A stretch of 11,614 nucleotides of DNA, from contig JAYTKL010000416.1 of NCBI GenBank assembly GCA_043730305.1, positions 1-11,614 on the forward strand, given 5' to 3'. Source of the stretch: Deinococcales bacterium. GTDB lineage: Bacteria; Deinococcota; Deinococci; Deinococcales; JAAFIG01. Below the pieces are notes generated by a model. That model had not been told where the DNA came from. It worked only from the letters and a program-made list of their open reading frames with translations, and made no database searches. The first letter of the stretch is position 1; every line of letters begins with the position of its first letter. The position numbers were made by a program, and so were the translations under genes. Shown here in pieces: positions 6,442 to 11,614 of this stretch.

Positions 6442-7089
6442 ATGGCATGGCTCGAGTGGTGGAATTTCATGTTTATTGCACCACTGGGTGCAGGAATCAT
6501 CATGGCGGTATTGGTCGTGTTCTCTGGAGCGTTCTCGAGCGACAGTGCAGGACATGGACACGGTGAAGCTGCCGACACAGCCGATCATGACGGACATTTT
6601 GATGGCGGTCATGGCGATTCAGATCATGGTAAAAGCTTTGATCTTTTCGCCTGGTTTGGCATCGGACGCGGCGTAAGTATCAGTGTAATGCTGCCAATTC
6701 TTTTGGCTGGCTGGGGGCTGACTGGATTTTTGAGCAATTTAATTCTCGAGCCAACCTTGCGTTTTCCTCAATTGTTCAGCGCTATCAGTGTGATCGTGGC
6801 TTTTCTAGGCTCGAGTTTTATCGGACGCAACTTTGCCCAGGGTTTTATTCAGTTTGCCGATCAAAATCGTAAAACCAACATTCAAAGCGCCGAACTGGTC
6901 GGTTGTTTCGGTTCGAGCGTTTTTGAAATCAGCAACGATGGTGGTGCAGCCAACATCAAAGACCCTTTTGGCAACATCCACCGTGTCAGTGTGATCAGTC
7001 GCGGTGAGACCATTGCCGCCAACCAAGCCGTTCGGGTGCTCGAGTATCAACGTGGGATTTATGTTGTACAGGAGGAAGTCAATGATTAG
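6442..7089 (+). CDS. NfeD-short / YqiJ-like inner-membrane protein (DUF1449, OB-fold C-terminus), partner of the downstream flotillin
   Basis: The ORF track starts at 6415, but the ATG at 6442 is preceded by GGAGG 7 nt upstream, giving MAWLEWWNF... (216 aa). It has three predicted TM helices and a His/Asp-rich loop (aa 34-63). The C-terminal domain ..DPFGNIHRVSVISRGETIAANQAVRVLEYQRGIYVV resembles the E. coli YqiJ/NfeD beta-barrel. Its stop TAG (7087-7089) overlaps the flotillin ATG (7082-7084) by 8 nt. Confidence 0.75.
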   Translation: MAWLEWWNFMFIAPLGAGIIMAVLVVFSGAFSSDSAGHGHGEAADTADHDGHFDGGHGDSDHGKSFDLFAWFGIGRGVSISVMLPILLAGWGLTGFLSNLILEPTLRFPQLFSAISVIVAFLGSSFIGRNFAQGFIQFADQNRKTNIQSAELVGCFGSSVFEISNDGGAANIKDPFGNIHRVSVISRGETIAANQAVRVLEYQRGIYVVQEEVND

Positions 7090-8887
7090 TTTTGTATTAA
7101 TTGCGTTGTCCATCCCGTTCTTTGCCTTGTCCTTGTTTGGCGCTTCGTTCATCTCGACCTGGGGTGCCATCAATTCTGGCATTACTGGTGGACTGGGACT
7201 GCTGTTCTTGCTGGTTGGTTTGGCAGCTTGGGCGTACACGCAGTTTTACATCAAACCAAGCGCCAACCTGGCGTATGTTCGCACAGGTCTGGGAGGACGC
7301 ACGGTCTTCATTGACAAAGGCGGATTCTTTATTCCAGTCGTACACAGGCTGGTCGCCGTCAACCTCGAAACCCTCAAGCTCGAGGTGGAACGCAAAGGCT
7401 TGGATGCCCTGATCACCAAAGACAATTTGCGCGTCGATGTCAAAGCCGAATTCTACATTAAAGTGCATCCCGAAGAAGATGCAGTCATGAACGCCAGCCG
7501 TTCCTTGGGCGAAAAAAGCGTGACTGCCCAAGAAGTGGCGCATCTGGTGTTTGAAAAACTGGTTTCGGCGCTGCGGTCTGTTGCCGCCACCAAAGATTTG
7601 GTCGAGATTCACTCGCAGCGCAACGCTTTTGCCAGTGGTGTTCAAGACTTGGTTCGGGCTGACCTTGAACCAAACGGTCTGAGCTTGGAATCCGTGACGA
7701 TTTCTAAACTCGATCAAACCAATCAAGATTTGCTGTCAGACACCAATATTTTTGACGCGCAAGGCAAACGCAAAATCACCGAAATCACCCAGGAAGCCTT
7801 GGTTGAACGCAACCGCATTGAACAAGAAGCCAGACGGCAACTGACCATCAAAAATGTCGAAATTGCAACCGAAGTGCTGGCACTCGAGCGTTCCAAAGCC
7901 GAAGCCGAAGCATCACAACAATCTGAAATTGCCAAAGTCCAAGCCGAAAAACATCGAGAAGCTCAAACATACCGTTTTGAACAGGATCGTCAAATCAAAG
8001 AAGCCGAAATCACGATGGAACAAGCGGTGCAAACAGCCACCATCGAACGCGATTTGCAAGTGATCTTAAAAGAACAAGAGCGCGAAAAAACCAATATTGA
8101 ACGCGAAAAAGTGATCGAGGTCGCACAACGCGAACGTGAAATTGCCGTGACCGATGCCGAACGCCGCCGTGCCGATGCCGAAAAACTGTCCTTAGAATCG
8201 CAAGCCGAACGTGAAAAAGCCAATCAGAGCATCACCACCGTTTCGCAACTGGCACAAGCCGAACGTGAAGCCCAAACCAAACTGATTGCCGCCAAACAAG
8301 CCATTGAACAAGACCGCTTTAAACAACAAACCAATGCCGAGGTCAACGCCTTTAGTGAAGTCAAAAAATCTGAAGCTCAAAAACAAAGTGCCGAACTTGA
8401 CGCCACCGCAACCTTGCGCCGTGCCGAAGCCGAATCCAGCGCCAAAGAACAAATGGCTCGAGGCGACACCGCCGTGAAACGCGTGGACGTTGACATTGCC
8501 AGGGAAAACGTTGAAGTCGAACGCGCTCGGGTTGAAGTTGCCCGTCAAGCGCTCGAGAACAAACAAACTTTCTCGGCAGCCGCGCTCGAGTTTGAATTGC
8601 AAAAACTACGGATTGAAGCAAACCGTGACGTGCAAGCAGAGATGGCAAAAGCCCTTGGGCAAATGCTTTCAAAAGGCAACATGAACATTTACGGCGACCC
8701 TGAAACCCTGGCAAAAGTGAACCAACAATTCATGAATGGCATGGGAGTTGGTGCAGCCGTAGACGGCACGCTGAGCGGCTTAGGGCTGGATAGCAAAGAT
8801 GTTTTGCCGCAACTGGCAGCCTTGCTGACACAACTTGGTGTTGTCATGAATAAACCAACGATAGATAAAACCGAAAAGGAAAAGTAA
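7082..8887 (+). CDS. Flotillin-like SPFH/Band-7 protein (YqiK/FloT family) with a long EA-rich coiled-coil
   Basis: The track ORF starts at 7004, but the in-frame ATG at 7082 follows AGGAGG (caggaggaagtcaATG), giving MISFVLIALSIPFFALSLF... (601 aa). It has an N-terminal membrane hairpin, an SPFH domain (YVRTGLGGRTVFIDKGGFFIPVVHRLVAVNLETLKLEV), and then about 300 aa of E/A/K/Q/R heptad-rich coiled coil typical of flotillins. Stop TAA at 8885-8887. Confidence 0.9.
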   Translation: MISFVLIALSIPFFALSLFGASFISTWGAINSGITGGLGLLFLLVGLAAWAYTQFYIKPSANLAYVRTGLGGRTVFIDKGGFFIPVVHRLVAVNLETLKLEVERKGLDALITKDNLRVDVKAEFYIKVHPEEDAVMNASRSLGEKSVTAQEVAHLVFEKLVSALRSVAATKDLVEIHSQRNAFASGVQDLVRADLEPNGLSLESVTISKLDQTNQDLLSDTNIFDAQGKRKITEITQEALVERNRIEQEARRQLTIKNVEIATEVLALERSKAEAEASQQSEIAKVQAEKHREAQTYRFEQDRQIKEAEITMEQAVQTATIERDLQVILKEQEREKTNIEREKVIEVAQREREIAVTDAERRRADAEKLSLESQAEREKANQSITTVSQLAQAEREAQTKLIAAKQAIEQDRFKQQTNAEVNAFSEVKKSEAQKQSAELDATATLRRAEAESSAKEQMARGDTAVKRVDVDIARENVEVERARVEVARQALENKQTFSAAALEFELQKLRIEANRDVQAEMAKALGQMLSKGNMNIYGDPETLAKVNQQFMNGMGVGAAVDGTLSGLGLDSKDVLPQLAALLTQLGVVMNKPTIDKTEKEK

Positions 8888-8907
8888 CTCTAAAACTTTA
8901 ATCAGAA

Positions 8908-8945
8908 CAAAAGCTCGAGAGACTAAATCTCGAGTTTTTTTGATT
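8908..8945. terminator. Intrinsic terminator after the flotillin gene: stem CAAAAGCTCGAG / CTCGAGTTTTT (11 bp including one G-U), 9-nt loop, U-rich tail.
   Basis: 8909-8919 pairs with 8929-8939. The T7 run at 8935-8941 is followed by gattt. Two CTCGAG copies again form the stem. Confidence 0.65.
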
Positions 8946-8979
8946 TAACATTCTCGAAAAGATCGGCTAAACTAAAACC

Positions 8980-9528
8980 ATGACCATGCTCGAGTCAAAA
9001 ATCATGACCGCACACGAATACCTCGAGTTTGAGAAAAGCTCTGAAATTCGTCATGAATTCGTGGACGGTAAACTGTACGCGATGGCGGGCGAAACACTGC
9101 TTCATGACGACATTGTTTTGAACATCGTCGAAGCTTTACGTACAACCGCTCGAGCAAAAAGTTGCCAATTGCACGCCACCAACATTCAAACGCTGGTCAA
9201 AGGCAACCGTTACCGTTACCCAGACGTTGTTCTGACTTGCGAAACCATTCGCAACCCGCGTTTGATCCAAGCGCCATGTTTTATTCTCGAGGTGCTTTCA
9301 GACAGCACCGCCGACGTGGATCACGGCATTAAACTCGAGGAGTCCACCAACATACTTTCGTTGCAACGTTACGCCATCGTTTCACAAAACACCCGTCAAG
9401 TGATTGTTTACAAACGCGAGGGCGAACGTTGGACGTTTGAAGTGCTGCTCGAGAACGGTGAGATTGAAATTCCTTGCCTCGAGACGAGCCTGACGCTCGA
9501 GCAAATTTACGCCAACCTCGAGTTTTAA
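8980..9528 (+). CDS. Uma2-family (DUF820) putative restriction-endonuclease-like protein
   Basis: 182 aa. N-terminal ..TAHEYLEFEKSSEIRHEFVDGKLYAMAGETLLHDDIVLNI.. matches the Uma2 pattern (EYL.lE...e.r.Ey.dGei..Ma). It also has the PD-(D/E)xK-like D..E.K arrangement (YPDVVLTCE...LEVLSDST). No SD is present, so the true start could instead be M3 or M9. Confidence 0.75.
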   Translation: MTMLESKIMTAHEYLEFEKSSEIRHEFVDGKLYAMAGETLLHDDIVLNIVEALRTTARAKSCQLHATNIQTLVKGNRYRYPDVVLTCETIRNPRLIQAPCFILEVLSDSTADVDHGIKLEESTNILSLQRYAIVSQNTRQVIVYKREGERWTFEVLLENGEIEIPCLETSLTLEQIYANLEF

Positions 9529-9617
9529 CCCGAGTACGCCATTTGGCTGATCGAACCTCGAGATACTTTTTAGTGTACACTCTTGAAAATACTTTTTGCA
9601 TTGGAGGTGACACGAAT

Positions 9618-9749
9618 ATGAAAACAACTCAGCCCCTTTTAACCCTCGCTTCGAGGCTCTTCGCCCTGTCTTATAAATCCAGGAGTCAAAGTGATTCATA
9701 CCGTATCAGCCTTACCATGCCAGTGCAATTCTCAACACTCGAGTTTTAA
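9618..9749 (+). CDS. Hypothetical 43-aa Ser/Thr-rich peptide: MKTTQPLLTLASRLFALSYKSRSQSDSYRISLTMPVQFSTLEF
   Basis: ATG at 9618 is preceded by a near-perfect SD, GGAGGTGA (9603-9610), with a 7-nt spacer. Stop TAA at 9747-9749 lies 18 nt before the RIO kinase ATG. 13 of 43 residues are Ser or Thr. I find no homology. The call rests on the SD strength and on position. Confidence 0.3.
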   Translation: MKTTQPLLTLASRLFALSYKSRSQSDSYRISLTMPVQFSTLEF

Positions 9750-9767
9750 AACCCAGTCGGTAGCATC

Positions 9768-10685
9768 ATGAGCCGCCGTCCAAGCACCCGCGACAGCAAC
9801 CTGTCCTGGGATGAAAACCGTGAAGCCTTCCAAGATCGCGGGCATCGTCACGCCCGCAAACCACCGCGTCGGCGTAGCGTTGCCGCGCTCTTATCCGAAA
9901 ATCAAACAGATTACAAAGTCGAAGAACACGTTAAGTTTGACGACCCAGGCTTGCAAGAACTGTTCGAGCGCGGTTTGATTACTGATCTTTTATGGGAATT
10001 AAAATCTGGTAAGGAAGCCACCGTCTACGTGGTCGAAGGTAAAGAAGGACTTGCCGCCGCCAAACTTTACATTGACTCTCGAGTGCGGTCTTTCAAGAAC
10101 GATTCGCTTTACAGAGGCTCGAGGTTCATTGGTGATAAGCGCATTCAGAAAGCCATTGAATTGCGCTCGAACACTGGCGTTCAAGTTCAAAATATTTTGT
10201 GGGTGCAAGAAGAATTTGGGCAAATGCACGCGCTGCAAAACGCTGGCGTTCCAGTGCCGCGACCCATTGCGTTAGCCGAAGCTGGCAACGTGATCTTGAT
10301 GGAATTTATTGGTGACGAAAGCGGGGCTGCACCGCGACTCTCAGATGCCAAACTTTCTAAAACTCTTGCCGAAGAAGCCTTTCGTCAGAGCGTTCACAAC
10401 ATGGGTTTGATTCTGGGCGCGGGACGGGTTCACGGCGATTACAGCACCTTCAACATTTTGTGGTGGCAAGAACGCTGCATCGTGATTGACTTCCCACAAG
10501 TCGTGCTGGTGCAAGAAAACCCCAGCGCCAACATGATTCTCGAGCGTGACGTGGCGGGTTTGTGTCGCAGTTTTGGGCATTTTGGGTTGCGTCCAGACCC
10601 AGTGGAGACTTTAAAGCAAGTGTGCCGTGTGGCTCGAGAGGTGCAGATTGCCAAACCGTCTGAAGAACTGGCATTGGTGCTTTAA
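9768..10685 (+). CDS. RIO1-family atypical Ser/Thr protein kinase
   Basis: 305 aa. ATVYVVEGKEGLAAAKLY corresponds to the RIO nucleotide-binding loop plus the conserved Lys (STGKEA.VY..........AVKIY). HGDYSTFNILW corresponds to the catalytic loop HADLSEYNIL. IDFPQVV corresponds to metal-binding IDxxQ(S/A)V. ILERDVAGLCRSF corresponds to the RIO C-terminal FL.RD..N...FF. Catalytic Lys and both Asp residues are conserved. Confidence 0.8.
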   Translation: MSRRPSTRDSNLSWDENREAFQDRGHRHARKPPRRRSVAALLSENQTDYKVEEHVKFDDPGLQELFERGLITDLLWELKSGKEATVYVVEGKEGLAAAKLYIDSRVRSFKNDSLYRGSRFIGDKRIQKAIELRSNTGVQVQNILWVQEEFGQMHALQNAGVPVPRPIALAEAGNVILMEFIGDESGAAPRLSDAKLSKTLAEEAFRQSVHNMGLILGAGRVHGDYSTFNILWWQERCIVIDFPQVVLVQENPSANMILERDVAGLCRSFGHFGLRPDPVETLKQVCRVAREVQIAKPSEELALVL

Positions 10686-10741
10686 ACGCGATCTACATCA
10701 AATTCGATCTTTCATCTTTCTTTTACCAGAACGGGGTTTTC

Positions 10742-11488
10742 ATGAATATTCCAGAAATGAATTATGACGGTGCATTTTACAAAGCCATTGGTGATTTTCA
10801 ACGCGAGAAGTATCTCGAGGAGGGTTACACGCAAGGCACAGTTCAAGAGGTGGATTTTTTGATTGAGCATCTGAACCTCAAACCAGGCAGTCGAATTCTT
10901 GATGTGGGTTGCGGCACGGGTCGTCACTGTCTCGAGTTCGCCAAACGCGGTTTTGACATGCTTGGCGTGGACATTTCAGATGGTCATATCAATGTGGCGA
11001 AACGATTGGCAAGCGAGCAAAATTTAAACACCGAATTTATGGTTTTAGACGCTCGAGCCATGAATTTTAACGCCGAGTTTGATGCCGCAATTTGTTTGTG
11101 CGAAGGTGCGTTTGGCATTGCGGGAGACGAAATGGGACATCGCCAAATTTTGGCAGGCACGGCTCGAGCACTGCGTTCCAACGCGCCGTTTGTCCTGACG
11201 GCTATCAATGCCTTATCTGCTGTGCGAAACCTACCCAATCCAGGTACGATTCGTTTTGACCCGTACACACTGACCTCGTACAGCAAATGGACTCCAACCA
11301 GTCCCGAAGGTGAAACTCGAGAATTTGATGGGTACTGCACTGCTTTTACTTACCGAGAATTGAAGTGGTTGCTTGAGGGCGCAGGTTTTGCAGTGCAACA
11401 AGCTTATGGCTGCGTGGCAGGACGCTTTGAGAGCAAAGTATTGACGCTCGAGGATATTGAAATCATGATGGTGGCGCATAAAACTTAA
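10742..11488 (+). CDS. Class I SAM-dependent methyltransferase (small-molecule/UbiE-like type)
   Basis: 248 aa. Motif I ILDVGCGTGRHCLEFAKRGFDMLGVDIS. The acidic residue ending beta-2 and motif II/III spacing (MVLDARAMNF....AAICLC) match Rossmann-fold MTases. There is no DPPY/NPPF motif, so it is unlikely to be a DNA N6A/N4C MTase. Confidence 0.85.
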   Translation: MNIPEMNYDGAFYKAIGDFQREKYLEEGYTQGTVQEVDFLIEHLNLKPGSRILDVGCGTGRHCLEFAKRGFDMLGVDISDGHINVAKRLASEQNLNTEFMVLDARAMNFNAEFDAAICLCEGAFGIAGDEMGHRQILAGTARALRSNAPFVLTAINALSAVRNLPNPGTIRFDPYTLTSYSKWTPTSPEGETREFDGYCTAFTYRELKWLLEGAGFAVQQAYGCVAGRFESKVLTLEDIEIMMVAHKT

Positions 11489-11568
11489 ACTCGAGCCTTC
11501 ACATCCGTCATTCGGCAGATGCAAAACCGCAGCTCGAGCGGTCAGAATAGGCGCAGGAGATTCAAACC

Positions 11569-11614
11569 ATGCAAATTCGTGCGTTTACCGAAAATGATTA
11601 CGAAACGGTTGCCA
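11569..11614 (+). CDS. 5' end of an ORF (MQIRAFTENDYETVA...). The N-terminus resembles a GNAT-family acetyltransferase, but the ORF is too short to call.
   Basis: ATG at 11569 is preceded by GGAGA, 8 nt upstream (gcaggagattcaaaccATG). The ORF runs off the window end. Confidence 0.3.
   Translation, partial: MQIRAFTENDYETVA

Larger units (their letters stand above)
1..11614. repeat. Highly iterated hexamer palindrome CTCGAG (XhoI site): about 88-95 copies, roughly 1 per 130 bp, about 30-fold over random expectation. Present in CDSs in all frames (mostly CTC-GAG = Leu-Glu) and in intergenic DNA.
   Basis: Manual enumeration of copies, e.g. at 48, 145, 345, 500, 634, 826, 867, 1011, 1062, 1121, 1186, 1260, 1354, 1370, 1465, 1472, 1598, 1608, 1661, 2221, 2275, 2304, 2457, 2573, 2627, 2709, 3061, 3143, 3189, 3315, 3431, 3503, 3648, 3829, 3888, 4042, 4095, 4151, 4407, 4605, 4661, 4801, 4900, 5031, 5383, 5520, 5537, 5575, 5612, 5854, 5927, 6164, 6263, 6450, 6534, 6745, 6809, 7039, 7378, 7883, 8456, 8551, 8584, 8914, 8929, 8988, 9022, 9151, 9286, 9335, 9448, 9478, 9495, 9519, 9554, 9739, 10077, 10119, 10538, 10633, 10814, 10931, 11051, 11161, 11316, 11446, 11488, 11533 (positions approximate to +/-2). 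Expected for a 6-mer in 11.6 kb is about 2.8. Confidence 0.9.

Noticed and set aside
7004-7081. Track start 7004 for flotillin
   Set aside because: That would overlap the yqiJ-like gene by 85 nt. The ATG at 7082 with AGGAGG and a typical flotillin N-terminal TM (MISFVLIAL...) is far more consistent.
6805-8602. Minus-strand ORFs inside the yqiJ/flotillin genes (6805-7239, 7097-7726, 7723-7935, 7990-8223, 8192-8602), the last Gly/Phe-rich
   Set aside because: They mirror the E/A/K-rich coiled-coil codons, which read antisense as F/L/G-rich peptides. They have no SD, and flotillin homology fully explains the + strand.
9474-9617. ATG at 9474 as the start of the 91-aa ORF preceding the RIO kinase
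   Set aside because: It overlaps the 3' end of the Uma2 gene and has no SD. The internal ATG at 9618 carries a consensus SD, so only the 43-aa version is proposed.
10742-11488. Methyltransferase as the DNA MTase responsible for CTCGAG methylation
   Set aside because: It has motif I only, of the small-molecule or rRNA class I type (LDVGCGTG). There is no DPPY/NPPY catalytic motif and no target-recognition domain, so this gene cannot be tied to the palindrome.
1-11614. CTCGAG density as a cloning-linker or synthetic artefact
   Set aside because: Copies sit in-frame inside conserved protein segments, preserving ORFs on both strands, and within functional terminator stems. The flanks are not conserved as linkers would be. 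This looks like a native mutational or selective signature, though only genome-wide data can confirm it.
1-11614. CRISPR arrays, tRNA/rRNA genes, IS elements or integrases
   Set aside because: There are no regularly spaced direct repeats. I found no T-loop GTTCGAATC-like motifs on either strand. No transposase or integrase-like ORFs are present.

Overview
This 11.6 kb window (about 50% GC) looks like a bacterial chromosomal segment from an organism that uses Shine-Dalgarno sites (AGGAGG/GGAGG upstream of several genes); the taxon cannot be determined from sequence alone. It is densely coding on both strands. Minus-strand genes: scpA (segregation/condensation protein A), translationally coupled by an ATGA overlap to an upstream GTG-initiated trpS; a signal-peptide Bcp/PrxQ-type peroxiredoxin downstream of a MerR-family regulator with a GyrI-like C-terminus; a DUF1801 protein. 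Plus-strand genes: a 64-aa hypothetical; a secreted DUF4139-like protein; an NfeD-short/YqiJ-like membrane protein overlapping by 8 nt a 601-aa flotillin (YqiK-like); an Uma2-family (DUF820) endonuclease; a 43-aa Ser/Thr-rich small ORF with a near-perfect SD directly upstream of a RIO1-family Ser kinase; a class I SAM methyltransferase; the first 15 codons of another ORF. Three hairpin terminators sit between convergent gene pairs. The dominant anomaly is a highly iterated palindrome: CTCGAG (the XhoI site) occurs about 90 times by eye, against roughly 3 expected, in coding and intergenic DNA alike. In CDSs it sits mostly in frame as CTC-GAG, making the encoded proteins unusually rich in Leu-Glu dipeptides. 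Paired copies form the stems of two of the three terminators. This resembles the cyanobacterial HIP1 phenomenon with a different motif, and I regard it as the most interesting feature. All product calls come from motif recognition by eye; no searches were run.
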